From Pseudomonadota bacterium (lineage in GTDB: Bacteria > Myxococcota_A > UBA9042 > GCA-2863065), in contig PKDL01000512.1 of assembly GCA_002863065.1 (NCBI GenBank), positions 1,190 through 65,189 of the forward strand: a stretch of 64,000 nt of DNA, given 5' to 3'. The stretch's first letter is position 1; each line of letters begins with the position of its first letter. The notes below the pieces were generated by a model, which searched no databases, was not told the DNA's origin, and worked only from the letters and a program-made list of their open reading frames with translations. Below are positions 1 through 10,200 of this stretch, one piece after another. The position numbers were made by a program, and so were the translations under genes.

Positions 1-1813
1 ACGGGGCAGCCGTATCGAATCTATTCTTCAAGAAGTATATCCGGCCCGCTGCCCATACTGCTTCGCCGACCTCTTCCACCGCCGCAGGATCGTCGGGTCT
101 CACAAGCTTGATATAGCGCTCTGCGGCGTTGAGCATCTTTGCAAGGTTGCCTTCGATCGGAAGCGCTTGCAGGTCTTCCTGGTCGGCTCGACCGCCGTCG
201 GTTGCATCGGTAAGCTTTGCCAGGTCTACCGTTTTGTAATAACAAAGCATTGCGGTTTGCGCGGCGGGTAAGAGGTACTTGCCGTCTTTAGGCTTCAGCT
301 CTACTACTTTTTCGAAGAGTGGAGCAGCTCGACCGAACTCTCCCATTTGGTAGGCGAGAATCGCGACATTGAATGCCATCGTGTAGTACCCCTTAGCGCT
401 GGGGAACCAGCGGAGATACTGCTCATACACGTAGAGCGCCTGCATTTGTGTCGTCTTCTCGAGCGTTTTCTCGGCTTCTCGGTGGAACTCCGTTCCGATC
501 ACCTGCAGGAGAGTATCCAGCTCTTGGAGCTCAGTGGATTTGACCTTCTTTGGGAGCTTGTCGAGGTAATTCTCAAGAGCGACCGTCATCATTTCAACTT
601 CGCCGCGAGTTCGCTGTTTGTCTCCGCCTTTGAATGTGTTGTAGACGATTTCGCGTTGGTACTGCAGCACCCGATAGTTGTCTCCCACTTCCGCGATAAG
701 AGTGCGGTAGACCTTGTTCGATGCAGTGTAATTAGAATCACTGGTGTAGATAATGGCTAGCTTTTCGCACAGCTTGAGAGCCATCTCGGGCGCGACTTTT
801 TTGAAAAACTTCAGTGCTTTACCCGGCGCACCGATAAAGGAGTACGCCCGTACCATATCTACCTGGGCTTCAGAGCGGAGGTCGAGCGCTACGCGGCTCC
901 CTTTTTTCTCGGCTGCAATCGTCCATTTGATAGTTTCATAGAAGAAATTCATTGCCTTGGCTTTGTCACCGAGATTGAACCAGCACCAGCCTGACTTGTA
1001 GATCGCGTAACCCAGGACTCGGGTCTCCCCGAATTGCCGTACTTTGTCGTAGAAAGCTAGTGCTTGTTGGAAGTCGTTTTTGTAGCCAAAGAAGTAATCA
1101 CCAATATTGAGGTATGTATCTGGGATTAGTGGACTTGTAGGTCTCTGTAGTACTAGCTTGGCGTAGTATGCATACCCTTCATCATGCTCGCCCATCAGGC
1201 TCATATGATAGCCAAGCGAGTAGAGCACTTGGTCTAGGTCTTTAAAGCTTGGGTGGTCTTTTTCGATTTGTTGGTATGTGATGATGGTTTGCCGACGCCA
1301 TTGCTGCTGTTGTGCTAAAAACCCTTGCTGCTGTGAGCGGCACCGGGCGAGCGCTTGCGCGTTCTTATTTTCTTCAGCGTCGTAAATACAGCGCAGTACG
1401 GCTTCTGACTGTGCTTTGTCGCCATAGTCTTCGCTTTTTTGCCAGTATTGATCTGCGAGTCGGACCAGTGCCTCTGGGTAACTTGGTCCATTGGGGTCTT
1501 CAATATCGAGAATGTCGAGAAGTGTTTGTATCGCCTCTTCTCGCTTTTCGTCGGCTAGCGCTTTTCGTTCATTGCGTCGTGCATCGAAGTTGAATCCGGG
1601 TCCCTTCCGTTGCTGCAGTTTCGGTCGGTCTAATGCTTGAGGATCAACTGCCTGAACGCCTGGAACCTTTTTTTCTGCATCGTCCCTCGTATTTGATTTT
1701 TGCTGTGCTGTGGCCGGCAGTGCGAGTGCACAGGTCAACGCCAGAGGCGTTACGGTTCGTATCAAGATGCGCTTTGACCAAGGTAGACCCTGATTCGCCA
1801 ATCCAAGTTGCAT
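1..1813 (-). CDS. TPR-repeat secreted protein, partial (C-terminus lies beyond window start)
   Basis: Manual minus-strand translation is uninterrupted from the ATG at 1813..1811 to position 1. The N-terminus is signal-peptide-like (MQLGLANQGLPWSKRILIRTVTPLALTCALALPATAQQ). Downstream there are W/Y/F-spaced helical TPR-like repeats. The gene is not in the ORF track because it is edge-truncated. Plus-strand ORFs 347-1842 are antisense to it. Confidence 0.7.
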   Translation of the reverse strand, partial: MQLGLANQGLPWSKRILIRTVTPLALTCALALPATAQQKSNTRDDAEKKVPGVQAVDPQALDRPKLQQRKGPGFNFDARRNERKALADEKREEAIQTLLDILDIEDPNGPSYPEALVRLADQYWQKSEDYGDKAQSEAVLRCIYDAEENKNAQALARCRSQQQGFLAQQQQWRRQTIITYQQIEKDHPSFKDLDQVLYSLGYHMSLMGEHDEGYAYYAKLVLQRPTSPLIPDTYLNIGDYFFGYKNDFQQALAFYDKVRQFGETRVLGYAIYKSGWCWFNLGDKAKAMNFFYETIKWTIAAEKKGSRVALDLRSEAQVDMVRAYSFIGAPGKALKFFKKVAPEMALKLCEKLAIIYTSDSNYTASNKVYRTLIAEVGDNYRVLQYQREIVYNTFKGGDKQRTRGEVEMMTVALENYLDKLPKKVKSTELQELDTLLQVIGTEFHREAEKTLEKTTQMQALYVYEQYLRWFPSAKGYYTMAFNVAILAYQMGEFGRAAPLFEKVVELKPKDGKYLLPAAQTAMLCYYKTVDLAKLTDATDGGRADQEDLQALPIEGNLAKMLNAAERYIKLVRPDDPAAVEEVGEAVWAAGRIYFLKNRFDTAAP

Positions 1814-1930
1814 TGATTTACTCCTACCGTCCGTCGGCATGACACCCCCTGCGATGGACACATGCTTTGGTCTTACAGCACGAACCGGCTCATCGCCACT
1901 TACGCTCAATGTGAATTGTCCTCCGCAGCG

Positions 1931-3604
1931 TTAGCGAGCTGGGGCTTTGTTCGCCGGACACTTTGAACGGATTCCAACGGTGTATGAGTCTAATTCATCC
2001 TTCCAATATTCTTTCCGGAAGGGCCAATATTGGTGCTCTTCGTCGATTTTGTAGTTGTCGTTACCGCCCGCGGCTTTTTCTTCCGCGTCGCTATCAGACT
2101 CAATCGCCTTCTTCTGTTTTTTCAGGGTCTCGTATCTCACTTTCAATGAGTCCGCGAGTAGTCGGCGAAGATCTTTCCGCACGTTTTCAAGACGACTGCG
2201 AGCAAGTGAGCCGGTTTCCCCGATTTGAAGGGCTCGGAAAGCGTCCAATTCGTTTATTAGCGTCGCGGCAAACTCCGTCATTGGCGCGTTCTGGGACAGT
2301 TTCTTAAGGTTATCTATTTCCTTGCTGAGCGCGAGTATGAACCTAAACGATCGGTTGAGTTTTCGGTCAGTGAGCGCGGCGTTGAAGATTCGGCGTAGGC
2401 GCTTCGACATGTCCGTATTTCCTCGCGACAAGCGGGCTAGCCATCCATAGAACTGGTTGGAATCTCGAGGCACTTTCAGCTGGTTATCTAGTTCCTTGAA
2501 CAACGGTAGGTAACTCTTGATGAACGCCTTGATCGACGTGAGCGCTGAGTCAAAGTGGCAGTTCGTATACAGAATCACGGCTTCCAGCACACGCGCTTCG
2601 GGAAAATATTCATCCTCAAAATACGGAGAGTTCAGCGTATGAAGATTTCCGAGTGCCCGGCCGTAGTTCTCGGTTTGAAAGTACGCCCAGCTGACTTCCA
2701 GTAGGCTGTCTAACCAGTCTACCGAATACTCAGGAATCTCACTGTAGTAGCGTATAGAAGTGGTGTAGCTGTCTTGTTTGTACTGACCTAGCGTATAAAA
2801 AATACGCGCAAGAGCGAGCATGCCCATGCGGTGGATCTTTTCTTCTGTTGGAGTCGTTAGACCTTTCTCTCTTTCGTAACGAAGAATGGACCGGAAGGAA
2901 TTAGCTGCGGCTTTCGCATTGTTTTTACGCACGTGCACGACACCCTCTAGATATCGTGCTCGAAGGTAGTAATCGACTGATGTATTATCGACGTTCGCAA
3001 GGCTACGTAGGGCACTTTTCAGCGTGTCTTGGTAGTAGTGGAACTGCCCCACATAGAAGTAGATCTCGTTTCGCATCTCGGTTGGGTAGGTGGATTGGTC
3101 ATATTCCGCCATTCGCTCTAGCGTCGCGGACTCACCGGGTATTTGTTGATGCAGGGCGACTAGCCAGGGCAGCGTATCCGCATACCGAACCGAGCGGGGC
3201 TCCGCATCCAGCACCTTTTCAAAGTAAGTCCAGCTTGACTGGTACAACTTCAGGTGAAAGAGGACCACGCCTGCTAAAAACTCAGCGTCTTGGTAGTACG
3301 GTTCGTTAGAGTCACCGGTTTCCAGAATGTCGATCACTGCTAACAATGCTTCGTAATGCTGCCCATTACCTACCATGGTTTCAACGGACGAAATAATCTG
3401 TTGGTACTCCTCAGCGCTACGTAGCTCTGTCGTTTCGAACTCGTCTTGAGCCGAGGCAAGCGATGGCAGTGTGAGGGCACAGATACAAACGAGTCCCGCC
3501 AACGTGATGGGGGATATGTGAACCGACATCCAGCGCCGGTGTCCTGCGAGTCCCATGAGGTATGCTCCTGGAAGCGTGCGAAATTCCTGATAAATTCGAG
3601 CCAC
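1931..3604 (-). CDS. TPR-repeat protein with N-terminal signal peptide/anchor
   Basis: 557-aa ORF. The internal Met at 3529 gives MSVHISPITLAGLVCICALTLPSLASAQDE, a signal-peptide-like start. Alpha-helical TPR-like repeats follow (YYQDA..., YFEKVLDAEP...). The gene is in tandem with the upstream TPR gene. Confidence 0.7.
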   Translation of the reverse strand: MARIYQEFRTLPGAYLMGLAGHRRWMSVHISPITLAGLVCICALTLPSLASAQDEFETTELRSAEEYQQIISSVETMVGNGQHYEALLAVIDILETGDSNEPYYQDAEFLAGVVLFHLKLYQSSWTYFEKVLDAEPRSVRYADTLPWLVALHQQIPGESATLERMAEYDQSTYPTEMRNEIYFYVGQFHYYQDTLKSALRSLANVDNTSVDYYLRARYLEGVVHVRKNNAKAAANSFRSILRYEREKGLTTPTEEKIHRMGMLALARIFYTLGQYKQDSYTTSIRYYSEIPEYSVDWLDSLLEVSWAYFQTENYGRALGNLHTLNSPYFEDEYFPEARVLEAVILYTNCHFDSALTSIKAFIKSYLPLFKELDNQLKVPRDSNQFYGWLARLSRGNTDMSKRLRRIFNAALTDRKLNRSFRFILALSKEIDNLKKLSQNAPMTEFAATLINELDAFRALQIGETGSLARSRLENVRKDLRRLLADSLKVRYETLKKQKKAIESDSDAEEKAAGGNDNYKIDEEHQYWPFRKEYWKDELDSYTVGIRSKCPANKAPAR

Positions 3605-3673
3605 CGGATCGTATTTATCGTGCGGCGGAGTGTCAAGCTAGGCGCGAGAATGCAAAATTAGGGATTTAGATGC

Positions 3674-4213
3674 CTAAAAGTGGAATTGAAACACCAGGTT
3701 GCCGCTGACTACCGAGAGGTTTTCAAAGCTCAGGTCTAATCCGATGTGCAGTAATTTCCGGACGACTACCCAACGATGTTGAGTTACCACGTGATACCAA
3801 AGTCGGATTGGCTCTGAGGTATCTAGTTCGGTGGACAGTATTTTGGGTCCAGTTCCTAGGCCAAATCCTCCGGCGATTTTCAATCGATATGCTGTGCCCT
3901 CATATACGGCGACCTTAGCGTTCACTAATACCCCTATCATTCGGTAGTTTTTTTCAAAGGTGGCAGGCAAGATGACCTCGGCACCCAGCTGCAGGCGGTC
4001 GATCAGCTGATAAGCAAGCTCTGCTCGTATCGTGTATCTGATACGATGCGCTAGCGCATTTGACTGGCCATTGAGCACAATACTTGTGCCACCCTTGACG
4101 GCGAATTCCCATAGCGGTTTTTGGTCTTCGCTAGAGGGGAGGTTATCGGCTGAAGCAGTGGTTACCCCGAGAACGCATATCAACAACGCCAGATAATATT
4201 TTATCAGCGTCAT
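3674..4213 (-). CDS. small outer-membrane beta-barrel protein (OmpW/OmpA-like 8-strand class)
   Basis: Signal peptide MTLIKYYLALLICVLGVTTASA. Alternating hydrophobic beta-strand pattern. The C-terminal ...LVFQFHF ends in an aromatic residue, typical of BAM substrates. The start ATG overlaps the upstream stop (ATGA at 4210-4213). Confidence 0.55.
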   Translation of the reverse strand: MTLIKYYLALLICVLGVTTASADNLPSSEDQKPLWEFAVKGGTSIVLNGQSNALAHRIRYTIRAELAYQLIDRLQLGAEVILPATFEKNYRMIGVLVNAKVAVYEGTAYRLKIAGGFGLGTGPKILSTELDTSEPIRLWYHVVTQHRWVVVRKLLHIGLDLSFENLSVVSGNLVFQFHF

Positions 4214-4710
4214 TCGTTACCTCCCGGGTCCCCTGGTTGGTACACCGTAAACACCCAGTCGACTCCTGACACTTGACTATGGCAGTCGGTGCATATTTGG
4301 CTTCCACCTGGGATTCGGGCAAATGCTTCGTCAGCAAAGTTGCGTGTGTATTCTGCCCATTCCCATGAACCTTCACGCTTGCGCATCGTAGCCAACAGCC
4401 AGGGGAAGTCTTGCGTCTCGCGGCTAGAGACTTTGATGATGAGTGCTCCGTCTGGATAATGGTGTACGGGTGCTTCTATTAGTTCTTCTTCAGTACAATT
4501 ACAGGCGTAAATGGACTTGAGGCCGAGGTGCGGGTCGTCGTTTCCCGTGGCTTCAATAGGTAGCGGATTCATCAGGAGGCATGAGGCGTAGTCGAGTACG
4601 TCATCCGGTGGCGTTTCTGCACAACCACAGAGCCAGGATAGCAGACATAGGACACGAGCTATGTACATAACGCACGATAGGGGCGATGAATGCGTTGATC
4701 GTTGTTCCAA
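4210..4710 (-). CDS. lipoprotein with single CXXCH heme-binding motif; cytochrome P460 / cytochrome c'-beta family-like
   Basis: Lipobox LLSWLCGC. The C-terminal block EGSWEWAEYTRNF...GGSQICTDCHSQVSGVDWVFTVYQPGD matches the P460/c'-beta pattern: a W.WAEF-like strand, then CXXCH, then D(Y/W)VFT.Y. Length is ~150 aa after the signal peptide. The gene is translationally coupled to the downstream barrel gene. Confidence 0.5.
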   Translation of the reverse strand: MEQRSTHSSPLSCVMYIARVLCLLSWLCGCAETPPDDVLDYASCLLMNPLPIEATGNDDPHLGLKSIYACNCTEEELIEAPVHHYPDGALIIKVSSRETQDFPWLLATMRKREGSWEWAEYTRNFADEAFARIPGGSQICTDCHSQVSGVDWVFTVYQPGDPGGNE

Positions 4711-4756
4711 GATTCACTTGGTATAAACCGCTGACGAAGGCTGGAATATGACCGCG

Positions 4757-5524
4757 TTAGAAGGGTGAGCATGATTGGATGGTCGCGTCGCAACGAAAGC
4801 CAGAGGCGCAGTCCAGGTCCGTTTCGCAGATACCATCCCGGCAGACCTGCCCATCGCAGTACTGCCCTTGGAAGCAGTCTAGCGCGTTTGTACATAGGGT
4901 GGTGTTCTCACAGGCGCCTAGGCCATTACAAAAGGTTCCAGGGGCGCATTGCACGTCCGTGTCGCAAGCAACGCTTAGGTAGCAGAACCCCGCCCCGCAA
5001 TAGTGACCGACGGGACAATCTGCTAGCAGCTCACACGTGTCCACGAATTCACAGAGGTTGTTTTCATTACAACTGTAGCCATTTGAGCAGTCCCGATGTT
5101 CTTGGCAAGCGGCGAATTGGTAGCAGATGCTGTCAGTTGCACAGAAAAATCCAGGAGCACAATCAAAGTTTGATAGGCATCCAACGGGGAGTTCACATAG
5201 GCCGACCGGATTACATACGAGGCCAGCGGGGCAGTCATAATCAAATGTGCATTCGCTGTATTCGATGCATCGGCGGTCGATATCACAATAAAAATTTACT
5301 GGGCAATCCACATCGCCGCGGCATCCGTCGATGAGTGTGCAAACACCGGATGCACCACAGTATTCGTCCCAGTTGCAGTCACCATCATAGCTACACGATC
5401 GAATGAAGGCGGTATCATCCTGTTCAACGAACGGGCATCCGCTGCTGCATAAGAGCAGTAGAATGAGCGGTGTCAGGTTTCGCCAAATGGCTCTGACGTT
5501 AGCGTCTTGCATACTCCCAATCAT
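4757..5524 (-). CDS. Cys-rich repeat lipoprotein (about 8 x DCPxGxxCxxxxxC modules)
   Basis: Lipobox LLLLCSSGC. Repeats DCPVNFYCDIDRRC, DCPAGLVCNPVGLC, DCAPGFFCATDSIC, DCSNGYSCNENNLC, DCPVGHYCGAGFC, QCAPGTFCNGLGAC, DCFQGQYCDGQVC and DCASGFRCDATIQSC recur with a ~22-aa period. This resembles the Myxococcus-type cysteine-rich repeat families. Confidence 0.6.
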   Translation of the reverse strand: MIGSMQDANVRAIWRNLTPLILLLLCSSGCPFVEQDDTAFIRSCSYDGDCNWDEYCGASGVCTLIDGCRGDVDCPVNFYCDIDRRCIEYSECTFDYDCPAGLVCNPVGLCELPVGCLSNFDCAPGFFCATDSICYQFAACQEHRDCSNGYSCNENNLCEFVDTCELLADCPVGHYCGAGFCYLSVACDTDVQCAPGTFCNGLGACENTTLCTNALDCFQGQYCDGQVCRDGICETDLDCASGFRCDATIQSCSPF

Positions 5525-5696
5525 CGGGGCTCACTCCATGACAGTCAAACAGGTTTGCCGTGCAATCGGGCTTCAACCGCTTTATGAGCCTCCAGTGTGC
5601 CGTAAATTTCCAGAACAGCCCAGACATCCTTACGAAAGCCAATGGATCCTTCAGTTGACGCTCGTAATTCTTGCAGTGACAGTCTAAATTCCCGGT

Positions 5697-6089
5697 ATGA
5701 ACACCCGGTCACTAGTGTGTCGTATGAGCCTTTTGTGTATGCCTCTGCTGCTCCTTCTTGGCTGCGCAGAGAGTGCATATCCGGAAATAATCAATGTGAC
5801 AGAATTGGATAATACCTTCAGTACTGTGGGGCCATACGTCGTGACTGCGACGATAACGGATGACGCGAGGATACTGCAGGCGGCGCTGATTTATCGCGTG
5901 AACGGGAGTGAGTTTTTTGGCGTGCCGATGGTGTCATTAAACGACACCGTCTTTCAGGGAGAGATCCCCGGTCATCCGATAGGCAGCCGAATCGAGTATG
6001 AAGTAGCGGCCCGGGACAATGACGGTGAGGTAGCGCGCGTGCCTGAAGACTCCGAGATGTTCGTATTCGAAGTCCTGGCGGAGCCTTGA
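5697..6089 (+). CDS. small lipoprotein, hypothetical (Ig/FN3-like beta domain)
   Basis: Lipobox LLLLLGCAES. 130 aa, beta-rich composition. Its stop overlaps the start of the next gene (TTGA). Confidence 0.5.
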   Translation: MNTRSLVCRMSLLCMPLLLLLGCAESAYPEIINVTELDNTFSTVGPYVVTATITDDARILQAALIYRVNGSEFFGVPMVSLNDTVFQGEIPGHPIGSRIEYEVAARDNDGEVARVPEDSEMFVFEVLAEP

Positions 6090-6724
6090 CCCGAAAGCAA
6101 CATTATGTGCTGCGCGTCGTCGCAATCATGGTTGCGTTCGTCGTACTAATCCCCTTCATATGGTCTACCGCTCTGATGGAGAAGCCGGAAGCGATGGCGC
6201 ACAGCCCGTCCACAGTCATCGTGCAGCTCGATCAGAGAGCGCAGGCGGGCGACTGGGCTGGAGCCCATCGCCTTTTTGCTTACAAATATAAGGGGCGCAC
6301 TCTATTGCCAGACCTGTGGGAGAGTGCGAGCACTGACGCAAAAAATGCATTTGTATCGTTTTGGAAACCGCAATTTCGGCTGGGCTGGGAGCGCACTCGC
6401 GGCGCGCCAGACTTGAAAAATAGCCAATGGACTGTGAGTGAGGAGTTGCTCTCCCCTGAACGAGCGCTGGTAGAGCAACGCACAATTCGGCAGGGGCGTA
6501 AGCTTGCGATTCGTTATTGGCTTCTTAGGCGCCAAGAGCGGTGGATTATCACGGACCGTACGTATGCAGTGGACGGTGTGGAACACAGCGGGAAAAAAGT
6601 AGTGCAGCGTATCCGGATGAAAATAGCCGAACAGCTGGGGCGGGAGCCGACCCTAGAGGAATTTGTAGCAAATGCCCCTAGCTGGATCGGTCGCGTGCGG
6701 GTGAAAACCTACCGCATTCCATAG
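6086..6724 (+). CDS. membrane-anchored hypothetical protein
   Basis: TTG start overlapping the upstream stop. N-terminal TM helix VLRVVAIMVAFVVLIPFIWSTAL followed by a soluble domain with no recognised motifs. Confidence 0.45.
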   Translation: MTRKQHYVLRVVAIMVAFVVLIPFIWSTALMEKPEAMAHSPSTVIVQLDQRAQAGDWAGAHRLFAYKYKGRTLLPDLWESASTDAKNAFVSFWKPQFRLGWERTRGAPDLKNSQWTVSEELLSPERALVEQRTIRQGRKLAIRYWLLRRQERWIITDRTYAVDGVEHSGKKVVQRIRMKIAEQLGREPTLEEFVANAPSWIGRVRVKTYRIP

Positions 6725-6760
6725 ACTCTGGGCGGTGAAGTTCTCCGGATATCGCTCGTG

Positions 6761-7087
6761 TTACTCGGAGTCTCGAAGCAATGCGATGATAGCTGCTTTT
6801 GCTGCCTCTTCGCCGACTGCAGGCTGACTGGCCGTTTGGGACTGACCTGTGACTTGCAGTGCTTCCTTCTCGATCATCGCAAGCAGTGCTCGCGTGTGAT
6901 CGAACTGCTGGCCCTTCATTTCTAGGGTGCCGTCGTAGCTGACGCCTGCACGCATTCGGAGCAGTCTTTCTTCCTCATGCGATAGACTCTTATTCTGCTC
7001 GATAGCTTTCCGAACATTGATACGCGTTGAGGTCGTGGTTGTCGTTCTTTTCTTCATTTGTGCCTCCGTCGAGCGCTGTACACGCAT
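6761..7087 (-). CDS. small protein with sigma-70 region-4-like helix-turn-helix
   Basis: The segment LSHEEERLLRMRAGVSYDGTLEMKGQQFDHTRALLAMIEKEALQ matches the region-4 pattern (ERE..L.LR.G...G.TLEE.G..F.VTRERIRQIE.KAL). There is a Thr-rich N-terminal tail. 108 aa. Confidence 0.35.
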   Translation of the reverse strand: MRVQRSTEAQMKKRTTTTTSTRINVRKAIEQNKSLSHEEERLLRMRAGVSYDGTLEMKGQQFDHTRALLAMIEKEALQVTGQSQTASQPAVGEEAAKAAIIALLRDSE

Positions 7088-7280
7088 CGTCGCAGCCCCA
7101 TCATGGTGCGCTCAGTGGCCAAAATCCACTGCAAGTCCTAAGCACACCGGTGCGGCCACGTCTCACAAGGACGTCCTCCAGGAGGATAGTCCACCCGAGC
7201 AAGGTCTACAAAAAATTTATCCCCAGCTTTCGATCGAAGGGGTGTTTATCCAGGTGTGTCCATCGTTTGTTTTTCTCACA

Positions 7281-10200
7281 CTATAGAGCGCATGGCGCAT
7301 CATAGATGACTTCAATAAGCGCGTTTGGTCCTGGGAAACAGTGTGATTCTAGGTTGGGAAACGCGATCGTATTTGAGGCTGGGTCGTAGATAAAGTCGTC
7401 GCAGCTGTCGTCGTCAACGAATACCTGAACAGAATCCGGGACTGCTGGCTCAGATAACTCGAAAGTGTCGAGTGGCTTGAACGCGTCCTTACCTATTTCT
7501 TCTAGAAGTGACGGCTGATCGACTCCCTCTGCGCCGAAGTCACAGATGCTGGACCAGAAGCCCCCGAGGGCATCAGCGGCTTCAGCATATCGTGTCCCAG
7601 CTTCCGCACCTTGCCCCGGTCCTCCGAAAGGATTTCCGCCGAAAGAACATTCGTCACAAGGGTCGCATGCGTTACCACCGCCTCCACATCCACCGATTGG
7701 GTCCGCCGGGCTCTTTGGGTTCCCGACGATTGCGTACCCTTTTACGTTGTTTCCCTTGAGGGTTTTGAAGTAATCCACGAAATCAATCACTGGGGTCATG
7801 CAAGCGTGATCTTGCTCATCACTCACCCAAATGATGGCGAGCAATGCTTCTTCCCGAACGAATCCTCGATTTGGTCCACCACAGATGCCTTTGACGCATT
7901 GGCTATTCGCGAATTGGGCATTGCATTCGGCATTGTTGATACACGGGATTCCATAATCGACCAGCATATCGGGCTGTAGCGCTAGCCAGGCAGTCTGCAG
8001 TCCGCGTTCATCACCGCTACCTTCGGTACCTAGAAGGACAGAGTCAGCAAAGACGCTGGTTGAAGCGTTATCGACCCATGGCATGGCGCCAAGAAGTCGT
8101 CCTTCATCGTTCAGGTCGGTGCTTACTACCCCGATTTGGTACTTTACATTCCAAACTTGTGCCTGTGCGATAAAGCCATCGAAACCGGCCGAGAGTGTTG
8201 CCTGTTCATCACCCATGGACCCGGAGTTGTCGACAACGAAGAGAATGTCGACGTCCACGTCATCGACTTGCTCAAAGACATCGATGCGCTGTGGCGACTC
8301 TGCCGCAACGCCTGTGAGTTCCAGGGTTCCGACACCTGCATTTGGTTCCGAGGGTTCGAACGGGATGACACATTGGTGCAGTCCGGGTTGTGTCGGGGTG
8401 AACTGTACAAATACAGATACGGCATCTCCGGCATCCACGTACAGAGGAACAGGTACATCGGGCAGCGATTCAAATGTGAAATGGTCGCCGCAAAGTGTGG
8501 TGTCGATACTTTTCAGATCGATCGGTTGCGGTCCTACTCGTGTGACTTCTATTTCTCGACTTGTTCCGACACAGCCGACGGTTGTGAGAGGCCATGTAAC
8601 GCTATTGGGGTTGACGCGGACTCCTGCCGTACCAACATCGCCTCGCAAAACTGGTGTAATACCCCCTGCAGCAGAGGAGTACTGGAGCAACGAACCGTTC
8701 GTGCCATTCTGTAAGGTAATGACCGGTATCGCGCCGTCAGATGACGTTTCTAGGGCTGGCTTGTATTTGATTTGAAGTGATAGCGGTTGGTCCCAAAGGA
8801 TCACTGAGTTTTCCGCCGGCGTGGGCGACTGTACAAAAAAGGAATCACTTACTCCCGGTTGTGTTTGGCACAGTCCGGTCTGAGCTGTGCAATCCACTAT
8901 ACTCGCATTCTTGTAGATACAGGGCATAGAACCATCATTTCTGACGCGTAGCTCCCGTGTGGTCTGGGAGCCGCTCGCCAATGTGCCAAAATGCACTAGC
9001 GGGGGGTCAAAACGTGGCTCGCAACCTGGAAAACCAGTGTTTCTCGCTCGGAGATCCACTCCTGCATCGGGCGATACCGGGTCGTTGGAGCTCACGCTCA
9101 GGCGGCCCCAGGTTAAGCCATCCATATTTCCCGGGTTGGTATACCCCAGCTGCACCAGCGCGCTTCCATTCGGAGCTAGAAGTAGTGGCAGCGTGGGGAG
9201 GGCGATCACTTCAAACCCAAGGTCTTGTCCTTCTGTTATCTGGAGTTCGTCTATCAGAAGTGGAATATCGCCCAGATTAACGATTTGTAGCGGTCGAACA
9301 TGTCGGTGCTGTACCGCAACAATTCCAAAGTCGACCGGTGATTCTGGAATGAAGCTGATGGCTGGGCGTGCTCCACGCCCTGTAATTTGCACTTGCCTTG
9401 TTGGAACTACGTAATCATTGGAGTCGATAACGAGGGACCCTAATTTTTCATCTTCGTTCGCCTCGAGAGGCTTAAAGGTGATGGTTATCGTGCGGCTCTG
9501 TAGTGGCGCGAGCACAAATGGTGATTCGGGGAGTCCCAGTGCCCCGACTGTTGCCGCAGTATCCACCAACTTGATGGAGGAGATCTCAAGTGACTGTAGC
9601 CCTTCGTTACGAATCACGACGTCACGTAGCGCCTGTGTTCCCATGGTTACCCATCCAAAGGTGACGATACCTGGATTGATACCCATCATTTGGTGGCGTG
9701 ATACCCCCGTAATGGGGATGACGCGTCCATCGATTGCCAGTTGTGGAGAGTCGACTCGGAGCTGTGCCTCGTACGCTGTGTCATCACCAGTGTTTATGGG
9801 AGAAAAGGTGATATTCACGTCCAGTGACTCACCTACATCAACCCGCATCGGAAACTCCAAACCATCAGGAAGGGTGAATGGTGCACCGCCAAAGAGGTCG
9901 AGTCCGAGCCGGTCGATGTCTGCGGGGTATGTGCCGGTGTTTCGCAGCGTCAGAGGCAAGGTTTTGGTGGTTTCTGCTTCCACTCCGTCAAAGTCGAGTC
10001 GATATGGGGTCGCTTCAATGACTGGCCGTTGCGGAGTTGCCACCAGTGAGATCACATACGGTGCAGTATTGGGGATATTATGAGGAAGCGCTACGGCACC
10101 ACTATCGGAAGCTTGGTCTGTAGGAGAGTACTCGACACGCAGGATTGACGTCTCACCCGGTAACAACGCAGTCTGTGAAAGGCCAAGTATCCTAAACTCT

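Noticed and set aside
4765-5334. 189-aa plus-strand ORF rich in Arg/His/Cys
   Set aside because: It is antisense to the Cys-repeat lipoprotein gene, and its composition mirrors the complement of the Cys/Gly/Asp codons.
7502-10083. Multiple 60-230-aa ORFs on the plus strand (7508-7759, 7546-7773, 7611-7979, 8083-8775, 8136-8714, 8957-9414, 9418-10083)
   Set aside because: All are antisense to the single 1104-aa minus-strand VWA lipoprotein ORF and have low-complexity Ser/Arg/Pro-rich compositions typical of antisense frames in GC-rich coding DNA.
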